From: Marinilabiliales bacterium
GTDB lineage: Bacteria > Bacteroidota > Bacteroidia > Bacteroidales > Prolixibacteraceae
Reading direction: 5' to 3'
Assembly (NCBI GenBank): GCA_021286825.1
Contig: JAJTBP010000001.1
Location: 4,729 to 68,728 of the forward strand
DNA length: 64,000 nt
Shown here: positions 20,601-29,464 of the stretch, one piece after another
Layout of the letters: each line of letters begins with the position of its first letter
Numbering within the stretch: position 1 is the first letter of the stretch
Made by a program: the position numbers and the translations under genes
Notes under the pieces: model-generated
What the model was told of the DNA's origin: nothing
The model's input: the letters and a program-made list of their open reading frames with translations, nothing else
Database searches by the model: none

Positions 20601-20754
20601 GTTTGACAGAGTCTGGTGGGGTGAGGAATGCTTTTTTCAGGGCATCGATGGACCGGTTTTTGCCGTTGCCTGTAAGTCCTTCGACGGAGAAGGGTTGCAG
20701 GACTGAGGCCAAAAAGATCATGACAAGGGATCGCAGGAAGAGAGAACGTAGCAT
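17659..20754 (-). CDS. Large secreted glycoside hydrolase, GH106-like (alpha-L-rhamnosidase-type fold; specificity unknown)
   Basis: Signal peptide present. FLTPPDSVKPGVYWYFMDGNLSATGITRDLESMKQAGIGSVIF and the C-terminal VKVNGQDAGVIWTQPGRLEITPFV...VVNCWPNRLIGDE are hallmarks of this family. 1031 aa. Confidence 0.6.
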   Translation of the reverse strand: MLRSLFLRSLVMIFLASVLQPFSVEGLTGNGKNRSIDALKKAFLTPPDSVKPGVYWYFMDGNLSATGITRDLESMKQAGIGSVIFLEVNVGIPRGPVTFLSPQWQQLFHHAIQEARRLGIALTLGSGPGWAGSGGPWVDAAHSMQHLVAADTVVTGPTIIRAKLPLPAPKKPYFGYGTLTDSLRKLWDQYYQDIALLAFPSPESKVHLPGTDEKALYYRAPYSSVKGVRPFLPTPVNYPVVPSGAVIHPDSIRNLTAQLSADGMLEWRVPIGKWTLRRLGLRNNGAVTRPAPQPGLGFECDKMDTTAFNLHFEAFMGKLLAVTGGNDKTSTGGWKMIHIDSWEMGAQNWAPGFREEFAKRRGYDPLPYLLTYQGTLVGSAEISERFLWDVRQTAQELVIQNHARHFRELGRRHGFRLSIEPYDMNPTADLELGAVADVPMCEFWSRNYGYNTSFSAIEATSVAHLEGKPVVQAEAFTAEKSEGWKLYPGAIKDQGDWAFAAGINKFYYHTFAHQPLDEKLKPGMTMGPYGVHWDRNQTWWEYAYAYHRYIARCSYLLQQGKTVADLLYLTPEGAPHVFRPPLSATVGNDTLPDRRGFNFDGCPPGVLMAEATVVDHKVCFPNGGSYRLLVLPLIETMTPALLNKIKALVEAGAYVAGIAPRKSPGLSGYPRCDKEVADMAADLWKNHRITDPDRGEGGIFALDQSMLTDSMRPYPSYETTAQLLHALNVTEDFATDGPVRYTHRTMKEVDLYFLSNRSNEKIHPQCSFRCKPGTVELWNPLTGEIRPLGDSRRKGDLVKLPLEMEPPESYFVVFRSAKGEKASATGPNFVESKVIRQLTGSWRVEFDPKWGGPATIRFDSLTDWAQNQAAGIRYYSGKARYKKTFVIRAEEIKSGRKLFIDPGEVAVMAHVKVNGQDAGVIWTQPGRLEITPFVQSGSNELEITVVNCWPNRLIGDEFLPDDGIRDHKWPDWMEAKQERSSGRLTYATWKFYKKESPLLKSGLLGPVTIVAEESNGSAHSSADAEKSLSRP

Positions 20755-20788
20755 AGTTGTTTGGGTGTAGTCGTTGTGTCAGCAGGGA

Positions 20789-21928
20789 TTAGTGGGGCGG
20801 ATGGGCTTTCCGAAGCAGCCTGTCCAGCCAGAGATATCCGGTAAGGCCCGACAGGAGCGATCCCCCGATAATGGCCATCTTGGCAACATTGATCAAATCC
20901 GGACCCTGAAGTGCCAGAAGGGTGATGAAGATCGACATGGTGAAGCCGATGCCACCCAAAAATCCCGCACCCAGCAGGTGGCTCATCCGGATTCCGGATG
21001 GAAGTGCGCATATCTTCAAACGGACGGAGGCCAGGGAAAAGAGCCAGATGCCCAGTGGTTTTCCCAGGAAGAGGCCGGCGAGAATGCCAAAGGTCAAGGG
21101 CTGAAGAAGGGAGTCGGCGTTCATGTTGAAGACCAGAGCGGTGTTGGCAAGGGCAAACAAGGGCAGGATGAAGAAGGAGACGGGTTTGTGTAAAAAATGG
21201 AGTAGCCTGGCCGAAGGGGTTTTGCTGGACCCATCCCGGAAAGGAATGGCGAAGGCTAATAAAACACCAGACAGGGTCGCATGAACACCGGAATGCAAAA
21301 GGCAGTACCACATGGCTGTTCCTCCGATCAGATAGGGAGCCAGATGCATGACTTTCTGCCGGTTCAGGACAATCAGGACCAAGAAGATACCCATGGCCAA
21401 AGCCAGGTAGATCATGGAGAGCGTCTGGGTGTAAAAAAATGCAATCACCAGGATCGCCCCCAGGTCATCTATAACAGCCAGAGCCGTCAGGAAGATCTTT
21501 AAGGAGAGGGGAACCCGGTTCCCAAGCAGGGAGAGGATGCCGATGGCAAAGGCGATGTCGGTGGCCATGGGGATTCCGGCACCCGACTGGGTTGGCGTTC
21601 CGTGGTTGAACATCAGGAAGATAAGGGCTGGAACGACCATTCCACCGAGTGCTGCGAAGATGGGGAGGGAGGCCTTCTTTACATGCGAAAGCTCTCCCTG
21701 GTAAATTTCCCGCTCCAGCTCCAATCCAATGTAGAGAAAGAAGAGGGCCATGAGACCATCATTGATCCAGTGCACCAGCGAGTGGCCGCCTAGTGGATGG
21801 TCCCAGAAAGCCAGGTATCCCTGCTGAAGGGAGGAGTTGGCCATCAAAAGCGAGCAAAGGGTGACCAGAAGCAGAACGATGCCTCCGGATCTTTCGTTGT
21901 CAAAAAACTGTTTAAACCGGCTTCTCAT
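20789..21928 (-). CDS. nhaA: Na+/H+ antiporter NhaA
   Basis: 379 aa and polytopic. FFDNERSGGIVLLLVTLCSLLMANS, FFLYIGLELEREI and LTALAVIDDLGAI (the DD pair) are NhaA signatures. Confidence 0.9.
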   Translation of the reverse strand: MRSRFKQFFDNERSGGIVLLLVTLCSLLMANSSLQQGYLAFWDHPLGGHSLVHWINDGLMALFFLYIGLELEREIYQGELSHVKKASLPIFAALGGMVVPALIFLMFNHGTPTQSGAGIPMATDIAFAIGILSLLGNRVPLSLKIFLTALAVIDDLGAILVIAFFYTQTLSMIYLALAMGIFLVLIVLNRQKVMHLAPYLIGGTAMWYCLLHSGVHATLSGVLLAFAIPFRDGSSKTPSARLLHFLHKPVSFFILPLFALANTALVFNMNADSLLQPLTFGILAGLFLGKPLGIWLFSLASVRLKICALPSGIRMSHLLGAGFLGGIGFTMSIFITLLALQGPDLINVAKMAIIGGSLLSGLTGYLWLDRLLRKAHPPH

Positions 21929-22073
21929 CTTGGCTTTCGGCTATTTGTTCCTTACTCCTTGAGGGCAAAACCCCCATTGCTAAATTATGGATTGTATGAC
22001 AATTGGAATGTATTCATTTTCAGTTGGATCATCTATTTCAAGATCAAAGACCCTTGATCCGGCATTCAGCGCA

Positions 22074-24350
22074 TCATTTCTCGTTAGACAAGGAGTAGGG
22101 TGCATCAGCGGGTTCAGTTCCCCGCTTGTAGTCCGGTTTGTCGGCCATCTGAATGCGGAAGGTAGCACCTTTCATTAGCTCGCTATAGCTGAGCCAGTTT
22201 TTGGTATAGGGTTTTCCATCCCATGTCATGGATCGGATGTACCGGTTGTTGACAGAGTTATCCGGTGCATCGAGCACCACCTTCTTCCCGTTCTCGAGGT
22301 GAATGGTGATTTTTTTGAAGAGGGGAGCACCCAGAACATACTGATCGGCACCCGGACAAACGGGATAGAATCCCATGGCACTAAAAATGTACCAGGCAGA
22401 GGTCTGGCCGTTGTCTTCGTCGCCGCAGTATCCATCGGGAGTGGGGGAGTACATCCGGTTGAGGGTTTCCCGAACCCAATATTGGGCTTTCCAGGGTTCC
22501 CCGCCAAAATTGTACAGGTAGATCATGTGTTGGATGGGTTGGTTGCCGTGGGCATAGTTGCCCATGTTGGCGATCTGCATCTCCCGGATCTCATGGATGA
22601 CCTGTCCATAATAAGAGGCATCGAAGACGGGTGGCACCACAAAGACGGAGTCGAGCATCCGTACCAACTCTTTCTTTCCCCCCATCAGGTTGGCTAGTCC
22701 GTTCACATCGTGGAAGACCGACCAGGTGTAATGCCAGCTGTTTCCTTCCGTGAAGGCATCCCCCCATTTGAAAGGGCTGAAAGGACGCTGAAAACTGCCA
22801 TCCTGGTTTTTGCCGCGCATCAATTTTGTGGAAGGATCAAACAAATTCTTATAGTTGAGCGACCGTTTGGCAAAACGATCCAGCTCCGCCTGCGGTTTGT
22901 TCAGCGCTTTCCCCAGCTGAAGGATGCACCAGTCATCATAGGCATATTCGAGGGTACGGGCAGCGCTCTCATTGATTTTTACATCGTAGGGGACATAGCC
23001 AAGTTTGTTGTACCAGTCGACCCCTTTGCGGCCAACGGAGGTGAGCGGACCCTCGTTCTCGCTATTTTTGACCACGGCGTCCCACAGCTTTTCTATGTCG
23101 TAGCCCCTGGCTCCCTTGAGGTAGGCATCGGCAATGATCGAGGCTGAATTGGAGCCGATCATGCAGTTGCGGTGACCCGGACTCGCCCATTCGGGCAGCC
23201 AGCCACTCTCTTGAAAGGTATTGACCATCCCCTCCTGAATCCGGGCATTGAGTGAGGGATGCAACAGGTTGAAGAGGGGGAATACTGCGCGGAAGGTATC
23301 CCAGTAACCATTGTCCGTAAAAAGGTAACCCGGCAGTACTTTGCCTTCGTAAGGACTGTAATGCCATACTTTGCCCTGTTTGTCCAATTCGTAAAACTTG
23401 CGCGGAAAGAGCATGGTGCGGTAAAGGCATGAATAGAAGGTCTTCAGTTGGTCTTCGGATCCCCCTTCTGCTTCAATGACAGACAGGCCTTTGTTCCAGA
23501 TCTCCCTTCCTTTGTGGCAGACGGCCTCAAAAGAATCGGTGCCCAGCTCCTGCAGGTTGATTAGAGCCTGTTCTTCGCTGATGAAGGAGGAGGCTACCCG
23601 GGCATGGATTTGCTCTCCTTTGCTGGTTTCGAAACGGAGGGCCGCCCCTGCATGATTGGCTTTCAGCTCTTCCGCACCGGAAACGACAGTCGTGTCACTC
23701 CAGACCATGGCTTCGGCAATAGGCTTGTCGAGTTCGATGACAAAATAATTTTTAAAGTTGGAAGCCACACCGCCGCTGTTTCGGGTGGAATATCCCGTGA
23801 TTCTCTTTTTGCTTTTGTCGATCCGTACGAAGGATCCCTTGTCAAAGGCATCGACCAGCAGATAGGATTTTTTACCCTCGGGAAAGGTGAAACGGAGGAT
23901 GGCTGCCCGCTCGGTGGGGGTCACCTCGGCTTTTACATCATAGTCGGCCAGATAGACGCTATAGTAGTAGGGTTTGGAGATCTCTGCCTTGTGTGAAAAC
24001 CAGCTGGCCCGCTTTTCTCCATCCAGGATCAGGTCGCCGGTTTCGGCAAAAAGCGAAAACTGTCCGTAGTCGTTGATCCAAGGACTGGGTTCATGGGTCT
24101 GCTTGATGCCTTGGATATGGGTTGCATCATAGGAATAGATCCATCCATTGCCCATCTTACCGGTCTGTGGGGTCCAGAAGTTCATTCCCCAAGGGAGAGC
24201 AACGGCCGGATAGGTATTTCCGGTGGAGAGGGCATAGTTGGAGTCGCTTCCCATCAGGGGATTGACAAAGTCGACCGGATTGTTTTGAGTGGTCTGGGCT
24301 TGCAGGGCAAAGCCACCAAGCAGCAAGAAAAGAAGGAGAGAAATTTTCAT
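22074..24350 (-). CDS. GH92 alpha-mannosidase
   Basis: NPLMGSDSNYALSTGNTYPAVALPWGMNFWTPQT and GYCGDEDNGQTSAWY are classic GH92 motifs. The start is set at ATG 24350 (MKISLLLFLLLGGFALQAQ signal peptide) rather than the 24482 extension. Confidence 0.9.
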   Translation of the reverse strand: MKISLLLFLLLGGFALQAQTTQNNPVDFVNPLMGSDSNYALSTGNTYPAVALPWGMNFWTPQTGKMGNGWIYSYDATHIQGIKQTHEPSPWINDYGQFSLFAETGDLILDGEKRASWFSHKAEISKPYYYSVYLADYDVKAEVTPTERAAILRFTFPEGKKSYLLVDAFDKGSFVRIDKSKKRITGYSTRNSGGVASNFKNYFVIELDKPIAEAMVWSDTTVVSGAEELKANHAGAALRFETSKGEQIHARVASSFISEEQALINLQELGTDSFEAVCHKGREIWNKGLSVIEAEGGSEDQLKTFYSCLYRTMLFPRKFYELDKQGKVWHYSPYEGKVLPGYLFTDNGYWDTFRAVFPLFNLLHPSLNARIQEGMVNTFQESGWLPEWASPGHRNCMIGSNSASIIADAYLKGARGYDIEKLWDAVVKNSENEGPLTSVGRKGVDWYNKLGYVPYDVKINESAARTLEYAYDDWCILQLGKALNKPQAELDRFAKRSLNYKNLFDPSTKLMRGKNQDGSFQRPFSPFKWGDAFTEGNSWHYTWSVFHDVNGLANLMGGKKELVRMLDSVFVVPPVFDASYYGQVIHEIREMQIANMGNYAHGNQPIQHMIYLYNFGGEPWKAQYWVRETLNRMYSPTPDGYCGDEDNGQTSAWYIFSAMGFYPVCPGADQYVLGAPLFKKITIHLENGKKVVLDAPDNSVNNRYIRSMTWDGKPYTKNWLSYSELMKGATFRIQMADKPDYKRGTEPADAPYSLSNEK

Positions 24351-24418
24351 AACGGATCGGTTGGAAATTTTGAATCCGGAGGTTTGCCACCTTCCGGGGT
24401 AAGCATCAATAATCTTTT

Positions 24419-24426
24419 CAAATATA
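24419..24426 (-). promoter_or_regulatory. Candidate -7 box (TATATTTG) for the GH92-led array
   Basis: TAnnTTTG match on the minus strand, 69 nt upstream of ATG 24350. Confidence 0.25.
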
Positions 24427-24536
24427 CGAAAAGGAGTTACGTGAGTCTGCCTGCAACGCTTATAAAACAACAAATCCCGCATGACTGCAGGATTGTAAGT
24501 TGTTTCGTTCTTCCGGCAAGGACCGGGAAAATGGGA

Positions 24537-24917
24537 TCAGGCTTCCAAAAGCGCGGAGTATTGTTCAGCGTTGAGGAGATTGTCCAGTTCAGAGGCATCC
24601 TTCAGGGCCACCTTGATCAGCCAGCCTTTTCCATAAGGATCAGAATTGACATATTCCGGGTGATCCTCCAGGTCGGGATTGACTTCCAGTACCTCACCAG
24701 AAACCGGCATGAAAAGATCGGAGACAGTCTTTACCGCTTCAACGGTACCGAATACCTCTTCTGCTGCGAGGGTCTCACCCACGGTTTCGATTTCCAGGAA
24801 TACGATGTCACCCAACTCTCCCTGTGCAAAATCGGTAATCCCGACGAAAGCGGTCTCTCCCTCAACGCGGAGCCACTCATGCTCTTTGGTATATTTCAAA
24901 GCAGATGGAACGTTCAT
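24537..24917 (-). CDS. gcvH: Glycine cleavage system H protein
   Basis: [20 protein letters not shown]... and the lipoyl-lysine motif [18 protein letters not shown]. 126 aa from ATG 24917. Confidence 0.95.
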   Translation of the reverse strand: MNVPSALKYTKEHEWLRVEGETAFVGITDFAQGELGDIVFLEIETVGETLAAEEVFGTVEAVKTVSDLFMPVSGEVLEVNPDLEDHPEYVNSDPYGKGWLIKVALKDASELDNLLNAEQYSALLEA

Positions 24918-25163
24918 AGCGCAATAGATTTTATTTTTTATCAAAATTAAGATAAAATTGGTAGCTGTAACCTGATTTTTATCAAAAATAATTGAAGGGG
25001 GAAAGTACAGAAATGTCTAGGGTTGACGCGGGAGCCAAAGTTTTTGACTTGATTTTCAGAAAGTATTCATTTTGACAGGGGAATGGCATTCATCCTTCGA
25101 GGGATGATGGGGGTGACGCAATCTTTTTGTAATTTCGGGGAGCCGATACCAAAGCAAGCTGTT

Positions 25164-25583
25164 ATGTTCAAAGCGGAAATCCGTTCACTCGATGAGATCA
25201 ATCAGGTCGCTGCCAAGTTTCTGGAGGCCCACCCAGCCGACCGGTTGTTCGCTTTTTATGGCGGCATGGGTGCTGGCAAGACCACCTTCATCAAGGCCTT
25301 GTGTGAAAAGCTGGAGGTAGTCGACTATGTCACTTCTCCCACTTTTGCCCTGATCAATGTTTACGATACCCAAAGGGTTGGCGAGATTTACCATTTCGAT
25401 TTTTACCGGATCAAAAATCAGGGAGAGCTGTTTGACCTCGGATACGAGGAGTACTTTTTCAGTGATGGCTATTGTTTTGTTGAATGGCCGGAACTGGCTG
25501 AACAATTGCTGCCACCTCATACCGTAAAGGTCAGGATCTTCGAATCCGAAAGTGGTAGCCGTATCATCGAATCAAACGTATAA
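25164..25583 (+). CDS. tsaE: tRNA t6A37 biosynthesis ATPase TsaE
   Basis: FYGGMGAGKTTFIKAL (Walker A), SPTFALINVY and HFDFYR. 139 aa from ATG 25164. Confidence 0.9.
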   Translation: MFKAEIRSLDEINQVAAKFLEAHPADRLFAFYGGMGAGKTTFIKALCEKLEVVDYVTSPTFALINVYDTQRVGEIYHFDFYRIKNQGELFDLGYEEYFFSDGYCFVEWPELAEQLLPPHTVKVRIFESESGSRIIESNV

Positions 25584-25587
25584 ACTT

Positions 25588-26802
25588 ATGAACCAGCGAA
25601 AAGAGGAGGGTGTCTCTGTTTGGACCAAGGAGAAACTCATCCCGAAGGAAGAGCTCTACAAACCGGGAAAGAAAAATGTCAAGTTGAGTATTGGCATTCC
25701 GGATGTGGGATCGATCGTAGAATTTCGTGTGCCCCTCACGCCTCAGTCGGTGGAAGTATTGGTTGCCAATGGCCACAATGTATTCGTTCAGAAGGGCGCC
25801 GGCAGGGAGGCCAACTATTCCGACAGAGCCTATGCCGAGTCGGGTGCCGTGATTTGTGAAAATGCTGCCGAGATCTTTCAGTGCGACATCCTGCTGAAGA
25901 TGGCCCCCTTCACCTGTGATGAGACGGAGATGATGCGGGGAAACCAGTTGCTTTTTTCTCCCGTTTACCTCTCCTTCGTCACCTCAGACTTCGTTCGCAA
26001 ACTGATGCGCAAAAAAGTTACGGCCATCGGTTTTGAATACCTCAAAGATGACGAGGGCGTCTTTCCGTTGGTGCAGATCAGCAGCGAAATTATTGGCAAC
26101 ATCGCACTGGTGGTCGCCAGCGAATTGCTAAGTTCCATCCATGGCAAAGGGGTGATCCTGGGTGAAGTGACGGGTGTGGCTCCTTCTGAGGTTGTGATCC
26201 TCGGATCTGGAACCATTGCCGAACAAGCCGCCCGTACGGCCATGTCTCTCGGCGCAGTGGTGAAGGTCTTTGATGACTCCATCCACAAATTGATGAATCT
26301 GAAAGCCAGGCTGGGACAGCATCTCTCCACCTCTGTCTTTCATCCCAAGGCTTTGCGCAAAGCTTTGAAGACTGCCGAAGTGGTGCTCGGTGCCATGCCA
26401 ATGAACGAAGTTCCCAACCTGATCGTTCCGGAGGAGATGGTCGAAGGGATGAAGGAAAATTCAGTGATCATCGATCTGAACATCATTCAGGGGGGATGTT
26501 TCGAGACCTCCCGGATTACCACCCTCAAAAATCCCACCTTCAAGGAACATGGGGTGATTCACTGCTGCGTACCCAACCTCGAGTCGAGGGTGGCCCGCAC
26601 GGCCTCCATCGCTGCCAGCAACATCTTCACACCGATCCTGCTCGGCATAGGCCAATCGGGTGGTGTGACCGAATACATCAAAGGGAACAGGGGTTTTTGT
26701 GAGGGTGTTTATATGCTGAATGGCATCCTTACCAACCGCGACATTGCCCGTACCCTCTCCATCTCCGATACCGACATCAATCTGCTGTTGGGGGCCTTCT
26801 GA
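25588..26802 (+). CDS. Alanine dehydrogenase / PNT-domain NAD(H)-binding protein
   Basis: The AlaDH/PNT N-domain pattern (EFRVPLTPQSVEVLVANGHNVFVQKGAG...YSDRAY) is followed by a Rossmann segment VVILGSGTIAEQAA. The ATG at 25588 lies 4 nt after the tsaE stop. Confidence 0.7.
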   Translation: MNQRKEEGVSVWTKEKLIPKEELYKPGKKNVKLSIGIPDVGSIVEFRVPLTPQSVEVLVANGHNVFVQKGAGREANYSDRAYAESGAVICENAAEIFQCDILLKMAPFTCDETEMMRGNQLLFSPVYLSFVTSDFVRKLMRKKVTAIGFEYLKDDEGVFPLVQISSEIIGNIALVVASELLSSIHGKGVILGEVTGVAPSEVVILGSGTIAEQAARTAMSLGAVVKVFDDSIHKLMNLKARLGQHLSTSVFHPKALRKALKTAEVVLGAMPMNEVPNLIVPEEMVEGMKENSVIIDLNIIQGGCFETSRITTLKNPTFKEHGVIHCCVPNLESRVARTASIAASNIFTPILLGIGQSGGVTEYIKGNRGFCEGVYMLNGILTNRDIARTLSISDTDINLLLGAF

Positions 26803-26818
26803 GCCAACCTCCGCGGCT

Positions 26819-28762
26819 TTACTCTTCTGCCAGAATCATCATGGAAATGGGATGAATCCGCACCTTTCCGGTGTGTACATGGCCCATCCCCTGTAATGAA
26901 AGTTCGCCGTCCCGGGCCACAATCAACCATCGTCGGTCGGGAATTTCATATTCAACAGAATAGTTGTTGCCATTGAGCAGCACCACAATCTGTTTCCACG
27001 AATCGCCATTGGCATGATCCATCAGCTGGTAGACAATCACTCCGGGTATGTACTTTGGAAAGAAATACAGCTTTTCCCTCACCATCTCAGCCGATTTCAT
27101 CCGGAAGGCCGGATGTTCTCTCCGCAACTCAATGCAATCCCTCGTAAATGCGAAGAGGGAATGGTAAGTGGTTTTTCTGGACCATTCGATCCGGTTGACT
27201 TCATCGGGCGATCTGTACGAATCGTGGTGGCCGTTCTTCGACCGGTGCATCTCCATCCCGGCATGCAAAAAGGGAACACCTTGTGCCGTCAGCAAAATGC
27301 CGATGGCCAGGCGTGTCATCCGCTCTGTTTCGGCTGGCGTTGCCTCCGGACAGGAATATTGCAACTTGTCGAACAGGGTGTAATTGTCGTGGCAAGCTAC
27401 GTAGTTGATGCATTGCTCGGGTGAATTGGCCCAGGGTTGCCGCGAGGAGTCGACATAATCGTAGATGATCTGCGGGTGAAAAATGGCTCCGGTAATAGAG
27501 AATTTGACCCGCTCTTCCCTCAGGGTGAGGCCACTGATAAATCCATGGCTGTAGCGATTAAAAGGTGATCCTTTCAATCCGTCGCGCATGTCATCACAGA
27601 AGGAGGCGATTCTATCCAACTGGGGAGTGTTGCGCTTGACTGCCCGCTGATGTTCCGGCAAAGGCGATTCGGCTGCCGTCCACCCCTCCCCGTAAAGGAA
27701 AATATTTTTGTCGATGGCATCGAGTCGCACCCTGATCTGGTTCATGGTATCGATGTCCAATACCCCCATCAGATCGAATCGGAATCCATCCAAATGGTAA
27801 GTTTCTACCCACCAGGCCACCGAGTCGAGGATGAATTTTCGGACCATGGCCCTTTCAGAAGCGATCTCATTGCCGCATCCACTGGCATCCGACAGTGTGC
27901 CATCCGACCGCTGCCGGTAATAATAGCCCGGTACCGTCTGATTGAACCATGAGTCGAATATCAGTCCGGAATGGTTGTAGACCACATCCATGATGACACC
28001 GATGCCCTTGTCATGCAATGCCTTGACCAGTGATTTGAACTCGCGTATCCGGCTGTAGCCGTCGTAAGGGTTGGTGGCATACCATCCCTCAGGCGTATTG
28101 AAATTGATGGGGTCGTACCCCCAATTGTATTGTGGGAGATTGAGCGTTTCGTCGACGGTATAGAAATCAGCAATTGGCAAAAGATGCAAATGGGTGATAC
28201 CCAACTCGGTCAGGTGATCAAGTCCCGTTTTTTCTCCTTCCGGGGATCGCGATCCGGATTCTGTGAAGCCCAGATATTTGCCTTTGTAATGGATACCCGA
28301 GTCAGGAGAGATGGAAAAATCACGCACATGGGTCTCATAGAGCACCATGTCGGCAGGGTCTGTAATGGCGGATCGCTTGTCTTCAGACCAGCCTTCCGGA
28401 TGACTCTTCTCAAAATCGAGGATTATGCCCCGCATTCCATTGACTCCCGTGGCTTTTGCCCCCGGATCCGGACATTCATTCAACCAGCCCTGTGCATCCC
28501 TCACCTGAAAGGTATAAAAATCGCCTTCAAAATCCCCGGTAAGATGGATGGCCCAGGTACCGGCTTCCGACTTGGAAAGGGAATGGGTTTGCAAGGGAAC
28601 CGGTGAACTGGCAGCGGGATAAAGACGAAAAAGTACCTCCTGGGCCGAAGGAGCCCAGATCCGAACCGAGAGTTCGCCGGCCAGCAGGTGCACGCCAAGA
28701 TCGTCTCCCGCATAGACGGGAAAACTTTCAAAATCTGCCGGATGGAAAACCCAATCTCTCAT
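26819..28762 (-). CDS. pulA: Type I pullulanase (GH13)
   Basis: YNWGYDP, VIMDVVYNHS, GFRFDLMG, YGEGW and YVACHDN, the GH13 conserved regions I-IV plus the pullulanase YNWGYDP motif. Confidence 0.92.
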   Translation of the reverse strand: MRDWVFHPADFESFPVYAGDDLGVHLLAGELSVRIWAPSAQEVLFRLYPAASSPVPLQTHSLSKSEAGTWAIHLTGDFEGDFYTFQVRDAQGWLNECPDPGAKATGVNGMRGIILDFEKSHPEGWSEDKRSAITDPADMVLYETHVRDFSISPDSGIHYKGKYLGFTESGSRSPEGEKTGLDHLTELGITHLHLLPIADFYTVDETLNLPQYNWGYDPINFNTPEGWYATNPYDGYSRIREFKSLVKALHDKGIGVIMDVVYNHSGLIFDSWFNQTVPGYYYRQRSDGTLSDASGCGNEIASERAMVRKFILDSVAWWVETYHLDGFRFDLMGVLDIDTMNQIRVRLDAIDKNIFLYGEGWTAAESPLPEHQRAVKRNTPQLDRIASFCDDMRDGLKGSPFNRYSHGFISGLTLREERVKFSITGAIFHPQIIYDYVDSSRQPWANSPEQCINYVACHDNYTLFDKLQYSCPEATPAETERMTRLAIGILLTAQGVPFLHAGMEMHRSKNGHHDSYRSPDEVNRIEWSRKTTYHSLFAFTRDCIELRREHPAFRMKSAEMVREKLYFFPKYIPGVIVYQLMDHANGDSWKQIVVLLNGNNYSVEYEIPDRRWLIVARDGELSLQGMGHVHTGKVRIHPISMMILAEE

Positions 28763-28763
28763 G

Positions 28764-29285
28764 CTATATCCACTTGATTCGAATGGTCTGACTCACAAAT
28801 CGTTTGCCTGAAACCTCTTTAACTTCGGCATTCAATCGGCAGGCCCTGCGCAGTGGCGGGACCCTGTCGTAAAATTGCCTTAGCTCAACTTGAAAGGTGG
28901 CTTCATAGCCCGGTTCCAACCACATGGGGAAATCATCGACCCCGCCAAAGGAGTTGATCCGGAACTTCCGTTCACTGCTCCACCGACGAAAAACCAGGAC
29001 GGGGGCCTGAAGGTCAACCGGCCGTATTCCTGGATTGCGAAGGGAGATGGTGACATATTCCGGCCTTCTTTTCCGGTCGCCCGTAAGCGAGATCTCCGCC
29101 TTTCGCCTGCTGATCCTCTCTCGGATGGAGAGTCGCCGCCCCTTCGTCGGAGAGGTACGCCAACGCCTGTAAAAGCTGATGATTCCCCATCCCGTCAGCA
29201 CGATAGCCACCAAAAGCAGAAGCACGGTTAAAACCGGATGGGACTGAAAGGCAGATTGCAGCAGGTTGTTCAGATTCTCGATCAT
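28764..29285 (-). CDS. Hypothetical single-pass membrane protein
   Basis: 173 aa. One TM segment (PVLTVLLLLVAIVLTGWGIISFY), then a basic linker and a roughly 100-aa soluble domain. Its stop lies 1 nt before the pulA ATG. I recognise no family. Confidence 0.5.
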   Translation of the reverse strand: MIENLNNLLQSAFQSHPVLTVLLLLVAIVLTGWGIISFYRRWRTSPTKGRRLSIRERISRRKAEISLTGDRKRRPEYVTISLRNPGIRPVDLQAPVLVFRRWSSERKFRINSFGGVDDFPMWLEPGYEATFQVELRQFYDRVPPLRRACRLNAEVKEVSGKRFVSQTIRIKWI

Positions 29286-29406
29286 CGGACATCGTCAAAA
29301 GCCAGCTGCAAAAGAACGGAATTCTGACAATATTTTAAAATAAAGTTGTGCCACGGCGGAGGGAGAAGAACGGAGACAAAAAATGGATAGCCGGCTCCTA
29401 ACATGT

Positions 29407-29440
29407 CAAAAGCCGTTTGATGAAAATCAGACGGCTTTTG
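29407..29440 (-). terminator. Terminator after the LytTR regulator gene
   Basis: CAAAAGCCGT (29407-29416) pairs perfectly with ACGGCTTTTG (29431-29440) over 10 bp, 25 nt downstream of the regulator stop. The 3' arm is U-rich on the minus strand. Confidence 0.6.
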
Positions 29441-29464
29441 AATGGGAGGCTAAAGAACCGGTTG

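Noticed and set aside
28764-29285. A PilZ (c-di-GMP binding) reading of the small membrane protein, prompted by an RxxxR motif (RISRR).
   Set aside because: The companion D/NxSxxG motif is absent (only TISLRNPG, with the wrong spacing). One short basic motif in an Arg-rich linker is not evidence.
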